Below are positions 35,929-48,239 of a stretch of DNA of 64,000 nt, one piece after another. Position numbers and translations under genes: made by a program. This DNA is from Eledone cirrhosa (lineage: Eukaryota). Every line of letters begins with the position of its first letter. Within the stretch, counting starts at the first letter, position 1. The stretch spans positions 63,736,001-63,800,000 of the forward strand of contig OZ024742.1 in the NCBI GenBank assembly GCA_964016885.1, written 5' to 3'. The notes beneath the pieces are model-generated. The model saw nothing but the letters and a program-made list of their open reading frames with translations. It did not search any database and was not told the DNA's origin.

Positions 35929-38900
35929 CTAGCTGACTGACCCGGCGTTTCCCGGGTTACTGCTGTTTTTATTCAGATTAGTAAACAATAAATATGAAGA
36001 TGTTTTTTTTCATATTCATTTTATATAAAATATGTCAAAGTTGTAATGATAATAGAATTTAGAAATGAAAATCTGTTTAACCCGGTTTTACCCGGGAGAT
36101 TTGGTTCACTGATAAGAATTCAACTTCTTTTCTCAACCAAGAAACAAACAAAAATCACAAAAAGGGAACACGAAAAACAAAAAAATATTAAGAATAACAA
36201 ACCTAAATCCTAATAAATTTACTGTCAAATAAGGTTGAAAACAGAAATATGAAAACCCCAAAGAAAGAAAAATAATTGAAATCCAAAAAGACAAAACACA
36301 AACAAAGACAAACATAAAAATCAACCAAATTAATAATCACAAACTTACGTGCATTTATTTTCCTTCCTTTCAATTAAAATGGGACTGGCACAGAAGCGAA
36401 GATCAACATGAAGTCGAACCATGTATGGCACGGAAAAGAGGCTAGCAATGAAGAGCGTTATCATTGTAGAGCCTCTTGGTAGACAACATTCTTAACTTCT
36501 CTTTTTGTTGAGTGAATGAAGAGTCCCCGCGGACTTCCTACTCGGGAACATTCAACGTACAGTTGGCCATGTGAGAATGCCTGTTCACTCAGATTCAGTT
36601 CAACCACTTGCATCGATTGTCCCTGTGCCTTGTTGATGGTCATGGCAAAGCTGATTTTGATGGGATATTGCAATCGCGTAAATTCGTTGACGATGTCAGA
36701 TATACTGAGTTTTACTGGAGGAATTAGAACGTCTGTGCCAGCAGCTGGTCCGTTCAAGATTGTCGCAACCAGAATTTTGGACTTTAACGATTTGATGATC
36801 ATTCGTGTTCCGTTGCACATTGTTGGAGAGTCCAAGTTCCTTAGCATCATAACCGGCGCACCAACTTTTAGCTGCAGGTCGTGAGGCGGAAGTCCAGGAG
36901 GTGTTTGACTGTTGAGGAATTCAATGGTAAACATTGTGGAATCCTCAGAATTTTTGTTGATGTCAATAGACTTAAATGAAACTGTATTCCCTGGAAGCCG
37001 ATTGAGGAGTTTCTTGTTGATTTCGTCAACTGTCACATTGTGTGATGCCAAAATAGCCCTCTCTCTAAGCCAGTTGTAGTCACGAAACCGATTTTCAATG
37101 TCAGGAAACACAGACTCCATTAGTTCGTCCACATCAGAGACGTAGTTTCCAAACGGAAGACGGATATGCCCTTCAGCATCTGCATCTATATGTCCATTGC
37201 CGACATCAAGAAGCTGCGCCGAAAAAGTTAAATAATCTTGATCGCCATGTACCTGAACTCTCATGTTGGTAGTCAGATGAAGTTTTTCATTATGATCCCA
37301 GAGATATGACGACTTTATTGAAGCGTTGATCTCGTCTGCTCTTGTCCCTTTCGGGATGACAGGAAGAGTCTGCCGGAAATCACCAGCCAGTAGAACTGTC
37401 GTACCGCCCATCACCCGAGTATTGCGTCGTACGTCTTGAAGAGTCCGATCAAGAGCTTCAAAAGCATTTTTATGACTCATGGTTGCCTCGTCCCAAATAA
37501 TGAGGCAGCACTCTGCGAGTAGATTGCCTTTTGCCGATCCTCGACTTATGTTGCAGGTTGGAGTTTCTTTTTTCGCCAAGTTCAGTGGTAGTTTGAAGGC
37601 TGAATGTGCCGTTTTACTGCCATGTAGCAGGGTTGCCGCAATATCACTGGATGCAGCTGCTAAGACAATGCGGTTGTCTTGTCTCAGCTTAGCCAGCAGC
37701 AGGTTGATGAGGAAGGTTTTTCCAGTGCCGCCAGGAGCATCCAAAAAAAAACATTTTTCCCTCGTAAGAGTCGATGCTGGAAAGGATCCTATGGTATGCT
37801 TGTCTCTGGTCGTCCAAAAGTCGGAGCTCATCCTGAGCTACTTGGGCCGCCATTTCGTCTGTGTTGTAGTTCAATTCCCGCATGTACTCAGCAGATAAAG
37901 CATTTGGACGGTCCGTGGTTGAGGCAAGCCAAAATCTACTACACCAACCGCTGCCATTGATTGCAGCTGACTTTCCAGATCGAGGAGAGCCTCATTGTAG
38001 ATGGCATCGTTGAATGCGAAAACTCCTGAAGGATCCTCAGCTTGCAGTCTTCGAAGGATATCCTCTGACATGCTGTCTTTGTATGTTTCCCAAAGCTGAA
38101 GGGGCTCACCCACGTTGCAGAAGATCAACATAACGCAAAAAAGACGTCGCATTTCTCGCGGTATCCTACATTCAGCGGCCTCTTTCATTGCCACGTTTCA
38201 GTGAGAATCATCCTCTAACATCCCATGCTTCAAGCACGCGTCCCTGTAAGTAGAGCAGACTTCTCCGTCGAAAAGCCTGAGGTCTGCGAACGATTTTGGC
38301 CCAGCGACGCGGTGTAGCAGCATCCGCAAAAAAAACATTCTTGGTCTTTTGGATGGACTGTGTAGATACGCCCGATAGCTTCACCTCTGAAGATAGCGTC
38401 ACCTTGCACATTGTCAACAACCACACCTCTACGCCGTCTGTGCCATTTTTTGTTCGACCATGTGAAGAAGGATGGGACGTCCGCATAAAGCAGAGTTGCA
38501 GCATAGGTATCGGTGGAGCATAACTTGATAAAAGCCGTTAGTGTCGTTTCAGGCGGCTGCTCGATCATGTTGGATGCGCTGTCTTCAGTGAAGTAAACGC
38601 GTTGGCCATTCTCGAGGTGAGCATCCAAATTCATAACAGCTGGGGAAGACTAGTGAATCTCGAATCCCAAAATCCGCCATGCAGCCATGTTGGACGAAAT
38701 GTACCGACCCATTAAGTACTGCTTAATTTCGTCATTTGTAGTACCCTCACCATGAATGTCCACAACAGCCATGTTCTCGCCTTTGTTGATATATTTACAT
38801 ATGTATTTAATGCTTTTCACGGATGAGCAGGACTCTACGTTGATGTGTGCATTAAAGATTCGCGCAAGGAAAGGATTGTAGGGCACCACCAAGCTGTTAT

Positions 38901-41900
38901 CAATTTCATATGTTTTTCCATTTCTCGTAATCGTAGCAGTAATCCCACCAAAGTCGGGCGCACGTCGGCGGTAAGTGGGGTAGCCGTTGACCCCAGTGCA
39001 CGTTTCCCTGTTGAAAGCTCTGGGATATCGTTTCGTGCACTTGTTCTGTGCCATACATGGTGATGCAGGGTTTATGACGCCGCATGGTCCGTGTGTCATG
39101 TGCTTTGAAACAATCCTGAAGAGTTCGGGGTCCTTTTGAGGGTCAGGCAGCTCTGCCCATATAACACGATCGATGTCCGAAGGCCTGATTCTCTCCTTGC
39201 ACCAAATTAATATATAAGCGTGTGGAAGACCCCGTTTCTGCCATTGCACTGTGTACATCCATGCATTCAGTTGCCCGAAAATGGCACCATGTTTCAGCAA
39301 CCACATAAGGTTTTGCAATTTAAGATGGAAAACTCTCGCAGATAAGTCATGTCTGTCGCAGGTTGCCTCTCCGTTGAATAGGTATTCCTTAATCTCCGGC
39401 CATTTAGGGTTGCATGTGAAGGTTATAAACAGGTCAGGACGCCCAAATTTACGAACATATGACATTGCATCCTGTGTTCGCTGATGCATATACCGCGGTG
39501 ACCCGGTAAAGCTGGAAGGTAGAATCACCTGATGTCCAACGTTGGATGCGTCACCGTCACGCTGCACAGCGTCCTTTAGGTGGATGTATTTCTCGGCTCG
39601 CAGAGTTTTCTGATTAAGCCGTATGAAAAGTAGCCTTTCACCTTCTATCTTGGCGTACATGTCGACCAAGAATTGGTTAGTTACGTCCCTGAAGCGTAGA
39701 ATTTGGTTGAATTGACCATCTCGAACCATTAGACGGTATACGTAAAAATCCTTGCTAGAAACACGTTTAGACAATTCAGCACCGCTCGTTGGATTAACCT
39801 GGCGCAGTTCAAAGTTGTAGCCGTCTTCCCCGTTTGGAAAAACCACGGGATACTGGAGGCAGTCGTACGTTCGATTACTTGCGCAAACAAATGAAAGTCG
39901 ACTGTCGCGATGATGAAGCACGATATTGCGCTTACCGTACTGTTCACCGACCAAAATGGCTGCTACCTCGTTAGTAGTTGGAGCGTTGAAACGCACGGGA
40001 TGTTCTCCAGCAGGACGACGGTCAGCTTTAATGGTTAATTGAAGTTCGGGTCGGGTGTCCAGCAGTTCCAAAGCATTCTTAAAATCTCTGACATAAGGGT
40101 GAGTTGCATGAAGCATGATTTGAAGGTTAGCAACAATACTAACGTCAACACCAGAATTTAACTTACATCTTTGAGAAACCTCCTCGTCGGACCCCCCCCC
40201 CCCCCATGAAGAAGACCTGCAGAAATTTGGGTTCTACGTTTGGTTGCGGACGAAGACTGCCTATCAGATGGTAACACTGACCCTGAATTTTGAAGGTGTG
40301 CGCCTTTGCTTTTTTTTTGTCAGAGTGGGAGTCTTCCTCAGCACGACCGTTGTTGTTGCTGCCGCTGTTGGTAATTCTGCGATCCCTGCCATCATTAACA
40401 CCAAAAGATGTCATAGCGAAACACGAATTATATTTCCATGTGTCCTTGCAGAATTTCTTGGCGTCGTCGGAGTTTCCGGTGAGCAGATTTTTCAGAATTT
40501 CAGGTGGATCTGCCAGCGCTTGAAGTCGAACCTTACCTCTAGAACAACAAAGACGGGGGCCCAGCTGCCCACTTCTTAGCTCCGCAATACTGGCATATCT
40601 TGTCCATTTTACCAAGAGTTATGGCAGGGTGATCAGTAAAATCATCAGAATGGCTGTAGTTGAAGCCAGCTTTCATCCAAACAACGCCTCTTGCAGAAGC
40701 TACATTTCTTTGACGTCTCCCTGCCAGCCATTCTTCTGTTACCTCAACCGACTCCTCGAGAAGAGGGCGTTGATTGCGGCTGCGTTTGTCAACAAAGCGG
40801 GCCTCCTTTGCTTCGGCTGACTCTTCGAGAATAGAGTGTTGATTGCGAATACGCTGGTCAGCAAGGCGGGCCTCTCTTGTTTCGGCTGACTCTTCGAGAA
40901 GAGAGCGTTCATTGCGACAGCGCATGTCAGTAAGGCGGGCCTCCCTTGCTTCGGCTGACTCTTCGAGAAGAGAGCGTTGATTGCGGCTGCGTTTGTCAGC
41001 AAGGCGGGCCTGCCTTGCTTCTTCGGACTCCTCGAGAACCGAGCGTTCACGATACTGACGTGACGTTGAAAGTCTGCCTTCCTTTTGGCTAGCCGTTTCC
41101 TAGTAAAATAAATGTGGGTATGGTGTGGCGTGCGGTGGCCGGAAGCGGGGGAGTGCTCGACCGGAAGGGTGCTTGGCCGGAAGGATGCTCGACCGGAAGG
41201 GCGAGCAGATGGGTCTCTCTCTAGTGGTGACCAGCAACGGTGTGGACGCGAGTTTTGGCAGCTCCCGGTGTTAAGGAGTTGGACGCACGTGCAAGAGGAG
41301 AAACCAGCAGTGGGATTTAGCGGCGCCTATGAAAAGCGGTAAGTGAGATAGCTTTTTCTAACCACAATAAATACAAAAAAAAAAGTTAATTTTAAATAAA
41401 ATACAGATAAACGTGTATTGCAAAATAAGCATAAAAAAATAGAAGAAGGCGTACCTGTGCTCGCGATTCTCTTTGTCGCAATTTAAGGAGTTTGGTTCTT
41501 TTAGAAGAGATAATAGAACATTTTCGTTTAGGCATAACCTGTAAAAATGGATGTGACAGAGCATGTTTAAATTTCTTATTTTCTGCTTCCCTTGCAAAGT
41601 ATACTTGTCACCTAGCTTTTCTCCTAGCATCCTAACAGTGCTCGATACTCCCCCATTCTACCATTTTTTCTATGTCTATCTTTTAGCCTTAATTTTCTCC
41701 ACCCTACTGTTCCACTACCAAGTCACTCTCCCTCACCCTAGAGACCCGCTTCATCCACAGATTTCATTTTTTGCCTTCAGGAATTCCCATTGCTCCACTA
41801 CTTTAATCAGTCATATCAATCCCAGTACTAATTTTTCAAAGCTGGCACTTACTTTATTGATCTCTTTTGTCAAGTTGCACTAAGTTATGGGATATTAGCA

Positions 41901-42656
41901 CAGTTACAAACCTAAACATGGTAACACACACACATATACAAACCTAAACATGGTAACACGCACACGTAGTAGTTTTACACGATCGAACAAACCGTAAATG
42001 ATTTTTATTGCAGTAGAAGTCTGCTTAGAACGCGCAAAAAATCAAATCTTGTAATCGAGCGTTCACGATACTGGTGTGACGTTAATGCAACCCATTTAAA
42101 CTGATTATTGTAGTTAAATAAACTAATGAAATGCAAAGTATGCCTTATTAATTTGAATGTGTTGTTTATGCAGAAGTCTGCTTAGAACTGTATTGTCAAG
42201 AAATCGATAAAAATATTTTTTATCCAATAACCACGTGTTGAAGTTTACGTGGAAAATTGTCAAGAAATCGATAACATTTCAAGGGAAAAAAGTCTGCTTA
42301 GAACTGTATTGTCAAGAAATCGATAAAAATATTTTTTATCCAATAACCCCGTGTTGAAGTTTGCGTGGAAAATTGTCAAGAAATCGATAAAATTTCAAGG
42401 GAAAAAACTCTTTAAAAAAAAGAGGTTATCTCCCTTTGTTATTGGATCATTGAATTTCAGCGATTGTTTCATCGATTTTCTCTGTAACCATTGAAGCTTT
42501 TAATTTGAAAGTCGACCCAACGCCCCATTGGGTCATTCTGCATAACTGTGTAAATTTTCGCTGCATTGCACTAAGCCATTTCGACGTTTATCCGACTACA
42601 CCTACTTACTTACTTAAATATACAACATCCGACCGCTTCCAATTTATAATAGTAGA
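35929..42656 (-). mobile_element. Full-length autonomous-type Helitron (6728 bp)
   Basis: A|TCTACTATTATAAA at 42656; hairpin CCCGGGAAACGCCGGG then CTAG|T at 35929; inserted in (TA)n; RepHel ORFs inside. Confidence 0.93.
36461..41050 (-). pseudogene. Helitron RepHel (HUH Rep plus Pif1 helicase), disrupted
   Basis: FITFTCNPKW, QKRGLPHAYIL, KYICKYINKG, DAPGGTGKT, IWDEATM, LAGDFRQ, TINKAQGQS; broken by stops and frameshifts. Confidence 0.93.
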
Positions 42657-42670
42657 TATATATATATATA

Positions 42671-43355
42671 TAAACGGAAAAAATGAAACGAAATTTCATT
42701 TCTCACTCTTAGTACGGCTGTTACTTAAATATAAGTATGTATATGTACATACATATATGTATACAGACGTACAGTAGTATGTATATATATATAGATACAT
42801 GCACACATATATATATACGTATGGATTTACCGAACATTTATTATAATGTTCGGTGTGTTTGTAAACAAACATCCCGAATTAAGCCGTACAGTGTTCAGCA
42901 AACATCGTTGCCCTTTTGTTCAACACTGACAAAGGAACGATGTACTAGTTTCAAGCTTATTAGCTATCGTCAGCACCGTATACCTTCCTGCCAGATGATT
43001 AAACGTCTGAAAGTATATACTTTACTTATGCATATTAACGGCTGAGCAGCCTAATTTGCATGTCGAGTGAGTTAATCGGCCGGGCGCACCCAAAACGATA
43101 AACGGAAAAAATGAAGCGAAATTTCATTTCTCACTCTTAGTTCGGCTGTTACTTAAATATAAGTATGTACACGTACATACATATATGTATACAGACGTAC
43201 AGTAGTATGTATATATATATACATACATGCACACATATATATATGTACGTATGGATTTACCGAACATTTATTATAATGCTCGGTGTGTTTTTAAACAAAC
43301 ATCTCGAATTAAGCCGTACAGTATATACTTTCCTTATGCATATTAACGGCTGAGC
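42671..43355 (-). mobile_element. 428-bp-period tandem non-coding element containing a hammerhead
   Basis: taaacggaaaaaatgaa... starts at 42671 and 43099; the second copy lacks the ~120-bp ribozyme segment. Confidence 0.8.
42938..42978 (-). ncRNA. Minimal type I hammerhead ribozyme
   Basis: Minus strand CGGTG-CTGACGA-T-AGCT/aata/AGCT-T-GAA-ACTAGT-A-CATCG; 5-bp stem I, palindromic stem III, GUA triplet. Confidence 0.8.
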
Positions 43356-43669
43356 AATCATCTTAGGCATAAACACGTTCTTCAGTTTAAACATTTGACT
43401 GAATGATTTATACGTGTTTACATATTTGAAACCGCCTATAATCCATAAATAAGTAAAACTGTTAATCATGCCGGACAAGTGCATTAAACATTACGCTAAG
43501 GTATCCATGGCCACTGATTGTAGCCTTTAAGAAGACGATCCAGAAGTGAAAACATCTGATTAACAAGATATTCGTGTTCCATTCATTGTATGTGTCTATG
43601 TATTTTCTGTCTCCAGGGGTACTTTACCTGATTTTTTTCAGCTAACATTTATGAATGAGAGAGCGATAG

Positions 43670-43870
43670 ACTCGCAGTAGTGTTAGATCGTCGGATAAAA
43701 TGCTTTACGATATTTAGTTGCGGCTTTCTACATTCTGAATTAAAATCCCGCTGAGGTCAACTTTGTCTCTCATCCGTCCAGGTTCGTTAAGTTAAGTACT
43801 GGGGTTGATATAATCCACTGTCACCTTCCCCTAAATTGCTGGCTTTGTGCTAATGTTAGAAAGAATTATT
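43670..43870 (+). mobile_element. Diverged tRNA-SINE
   Basis: aaatcccgctgaggtcaactttgtctctcatcc...gctggctttgtgc...gaattatt. Confidence 0.7.
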
Positions 43871-43996
43871 TGTAGTGATCGAAATCAACTATTATTATAG
43901 TCACCTGTGTTGGGACGACTACATTTCAAATGTCCTGTAAGTGTGTGTGTTTGTGTGTGTGTGTGCACGCGCGCGTGTGTAGGTGTGTGTATGTGC

Positions 43997-44033
<37 letters not shown>

Positions 44034-44399
44034 CGTTCGTGTGTGTAGGTGTGTGTGTGTGTGTGTGAACTCCATTTCTACTTTACCATTCCTAGTAAAT
44101 AAAATACTTCTCCAAGATAAAAAAAACAACGCCTCACCCACCAAATACTAATACACCCATCTCTTACTAAAAAAATGAAATAGGATAAATGAAAGGTTTT
44201 CATTCCCTCTAAATGTCGAAGCAATTATCTGATGTCAGAATTTCTTTTTTAATTTGACACCAAAAGATTCTATTTTGGCAGTTGCCATTTCTTCTCGAAA
44301 CTCGAGAGCTCCGGACATAAACCTGTATAGCTGATGAGATTTGATGGAACTGTGTTCTTAGAGTGGCCTTGTAATGGCGGTCTGGAGTACTGGTAGTAT

Positions 44400-45780
44400 T
44401 GTAAACATGTTTGGACTGTTGGGGTGGGACAGTGTTGTTAAGATGGTGTTGTTGTGGAGTTAAGATGGCGTTGTGGCATTTTGGTGTGTTGTGGTATTTT
44501 GTGGGTGTTGAGGTGTTCTAGGGTGTTGTAGATATGTTTTGACTGTGAGGGTGGGACAGTGTTGTTAAGGTGGTGTTATTGTAGTCTTCTGGGGATGTTA
44601 AGATGGCGTTGTTGTGTTGTTAGGATGGTTTTAAAGTGGTGTTCTGGATGGTGTCGTAGAGTTAATTTGTTGTTGTGGTGTTAAGATGGTGTTGTTGTGG
44701 TGTTAGGATGGTTTTGAAGTGGTGTTCTGGGTGGTGTTGTAAAGTTAAGATGGTGTTGTAGAGTTAAGATGGTGTTGTTGTGGTGTTAAGATGACGTTGT
44801 TGTGGTGTTAGGATGGTTTTGAAGTGGTGTTAAGATGGTGTTGTGGTGTTAAGATGGTGTTGTTGTGGTGTTAAGATGGTTTGTGGTGTTAAGATGGTGT
44901 TGTCGTGTTAAGATGACGTTGTTGTGGTGTTAAGGTGGTGTTGTTGTGGTGTTAAAATAGTGTTGTTGTGGTGTTAGTATGGTTTTGAAGAGGTTTTCTG
45001 GCGTTGTAGTACTGTTCTGAGCTGCCTTGTGGTGTTCTGGGGGGTACTGTTGTAATGATGTATGAACTGAATAGGTGGTTTAGTGCCGTTAAGGTGGTGT
45101 TGTAATAATGTTATGGGGGTATTTCGTTAAAATGCTGTAGTGCTGTTGTTGTGGTGTTCTGTGATTTTGTAGTGGTGTGTGGGATAGTGTTGTTAAGATG
45201 GAGTTGTAGCGTTGTAGTGGTGTTATAAAGTGTTGTAGATGTGGCTAGGTTGATCGAGGGAGATAGTGTTAAGATGATGTAGTGGTATTCTGTTGTTTTG
45301 TAGTATTATTCTATGATGTAGTGGTGCTATGGGGTGCTGTAGTGGTGTTGTAGTGGTGTTGTGAGGTGTTATGAGATGTTGTAGTGGTGTTGTGAGGTGC
45401 TATTGTGGCGTTCTGGGATGTTGTAGTGGTATTCTGTGGTTTTGTAGTATTATTCTATGTTGTAGTGGTGCTATGGGGTGCTGTAGTGGTGTTGTAGTGG
45501 TGTTGTAATGGTGTTGTGAGGTGTTGTAGTGGTGTTGTGAGGTGTTATTGTGGCGTTCTTGGATGTTGTAGTGGTATTCTGTAGTTTTGTAGTATTATTC
45601 TACGATGTTGTAGTGGTGCTATGAGGTGCTGTAGTGGTGTTGTAGTGGTGTTGTAATGGTGTTGTGGTGGTGTTGTAGTGGTGTTGTAGTGGTGTTGTTG
45701 TGAGGTGTTATCGCGGCGTTCTCGGATGTTGTAGTGGGATTCTGGAGTGCCGTTATGGCGTCATGGGCTGTTGTAAATGT
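44400..45780. repeat. GT-rich degenerate satellite
   Basis: Units gttgtggtgttaagatggt and gttgtagtggt, with higher-order blocks of about 150 bp. Confidence 0.85.
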
Positions 45781-46029
45781 TTTCGGGTGGGCTTTTGCAG
45801 CTTATATTAAAATGATGAATTTCAGGTTGACTCTAGCAATGAATGCTGCAGTTATTCTATCAACGGAACAACCTAGTTATTGTATTATAGAGTAAGTATT
45901 CTACAGACATTTGTACCATTAACATAAATTTCAGATACACTCCGCATTCCGCTGAGTGTGTTTGTGCTTGATAAGGCTTACCTTTTTGATCACAGATACA
46001 GTTCGTCTTGTATTATATTGTACGTGGTT

Positions 46030-46218
46030 GTGGATTAGTAAAATCGGGAGAGGGTCGGACGCCATGCTTTGCAGCATAGAGTTACGGCCCTTTACGGTTT
46101 GAGTTCAAATCCCGCCGAGGTTAACTTTGCCTTTCATCCATATGGGGTCGATAAAATAAAGCACCAGTAATGTACTGGGATAATTACTGGCCTTGTGCCA
46201 AAAGTAGAAACAATTATA
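46030..46218 (+). mobile_element. tRNA-derived SINE, young family
   Basis: Full copy with B-box GAGTTCAAATCCC, core and tail. Confidence 0.9.
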
Positions 46219-46639
46219 GTGTAAGGGGCTGATCATTCCACAGACACGTGTATCATTAGCGTAATATTCAGACAAAATCATTTCCAGTAGAAGCTTAGTT
46301 TCTGTTGTAATTCTGAGTCAATAAATCAATCTGGTATCAGAATTGTTATTGAAGCAAGGACATTTTTTTCAATTTTTTGATAACACATTCTATGATAAAA
46401 ACAACGGCGATGAGTCGTTTGATGGTTCATGGGGAACCAAATTAAAACCTAAATGTGGTGCTGTTGCTACGTTGCGTCTCCATCACCAGGACTCATTCAA
46501 TGGCTTTCGTCCCTTCATATCTAAATGTTTGTGTCTCAGCTCGGACAACACACCTTCGTGTTTTATATCAAAGTAAACTTCGAGACACACTCTTGTTGCT
46601 TGTATATCTTGTATATCGGATTTGATGACTTTCATGACA

Positions 46640-46850
46640 ACCTCTTAGAGTCAATCTACTAGTCCCTTCTCTAGTGCTAGTTCCTTACTAAAACAGACGG
46701 GTTCTGTCCTAAAGCTGGTTGCTTCCAACAATTCCGGCTTAATTAGCTCGCTAATCCGATCTCTGTAAACATTCCATGCCGGGAACACGGGAACACGGCG
46801 TTTAGTTTCCAGTAATCGGGTCTCTGTATCGAGATAATCTACCTACCTAG
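46640..46850 (-). pseudogene. Internal fragment of a Tx1-like ORF2
   Basis: Resembles 51000-51240 (YWKLN motif; FSKELALEK). Confidence 0.65.
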
Positions 46851-46879
46851 ACATAACGTCCACGTCAAATTATATAGTC

Positions 46880-47135
46880 TGTGTAGTTTACCACCCGGAA
46901 TTGCGGTCAATCTTCTACATAGACAACGTACATTTCATAAATTTATGGTCTTATGTAGTTTACTACCCGGAATTACGGTCAATCTTCTACATAGACATTG
47001 TACATTTCATAAATTTATGGTCTTATGTAGTTTAACATCCGGAATTGTGGCTCCCCTCCTACCTTGACTGAACGTCTACACCCCTAATGTATGATTTGAT
47101 GGTTTGTGTAGTTTACCACCCGGAATTGTGGCCAT
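46880..47135. repeat. ~73-bp tandem repeat, about 3.5 copies
   Basis: tgtagtttaccacccggaattgcggtcaatcttctacatagac... repeated. Confidence 0.85.
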
Positions 47136-47880
47136 CCTACACACATTTCGGAAATCCATCCGTTACCTATCAGACAACTGAAGGTGTTTAAGCATGGTTG
47201 AGAGGCTTCTACATTCAGCCCTTCTAGTACTTACTCTCACACTATCACAGCATGCATCTAGGATAATATTCCAATCTGATCCAGCAGGCCTATCATCAAA
47301 GGTGTCCCAACTATAACCATCCCATTTTTTTTTTTTTTTTTAGATAAAGTGTATCTAGGAATTTATTATGTTATCTTAGAAATCCTTCCTCATTAAAGAC
47401 AAAATAGTGTTATTATAGATAGGTTTGGCTGCTGTTCCACTGACTACGCAGAGTTCCCCCTCTTCTGTTCATGTTGTTGTTTTTACCCCAAATCAGCTCT
47501 AATACAGTAGATCAATCATCAAAGACATTCCAGCCATGACTATCACATCACATTTTCTAGATAAAGTATATCTAAAACAATGTTATCCAATAAATCCTTT
47601 TTCTTTAAAAACAGAAGCTTGCTATTAAAGATAGGTTTGGCTGTTATTTCTAGCAGTTCGAATGACCACACAGAGCCCCCTCCCTTTGGCTCATTTTGTT
47701 GTTGTTGTTGATAATGGAGAAACATATGAGACATTTTTCCAAGGGTGAAACATAATTCCCATCATGTAATACCTAGAACTGTAGGGCAGGCTTAACATTG
47801 GTTAATTACATCACATTTCCGCTCAGGAGATGCTTCTTACATAATAAGAAGTAATGTTGTTGATGATGATGATGGTGATC

Positions 47881-47910
<30 letters not shown>

Positions 47911-47912
<2 letters not shown>

Positions 47913-48230
47913 AATTGTTTCTACTTTAGGCACAAGGCCAGCAATTACCCAGTGCATTACTGGTACTTTATTTTATAATAATAATTGTTTCTACTTTTTG
48001 GCACAAGGCCAGCTATTACCCAGTGCATTACTGGTACTTTATTTTATAATAATAATTGTTTCTACTTTTTGGCACAAGGCCAGCAATTACCCAGTGCATT
48101 ACTGGTACTTTATTTTATCAACCCCGTAAGGATGAAAGGCAAAGTCAACCTCGGCGGGATTTGAACTCAGATCGTAAAGGGACGTAACTATGCTGTAAAG
48201 CATGGCGTCCGACCCTCTACCGATACTGCC
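47911..48230 (-). mobile_element. tRNA-SINE with triplicated 3' tail
   Basis: Full copy at 48052-48230 plus two extra ~70-bp tail copies at 47911 and 47981. Confidence 0.9.
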
Positions 48231-48239
48231 ATAATAATA

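Noticed and set aside
43520-43562. Possible further hammerhead (aagaagacgatccagaagtgaaaac)
   Set aside because: The core and stems are too degenerate to support.
44400-45780. Telomeric repeat, or inverted partner of the 58100-59240 array
   Set aside because: There are no TTAGGG units, and the repeat units differ from the reverse complement of the 22-mer beyond base composition.
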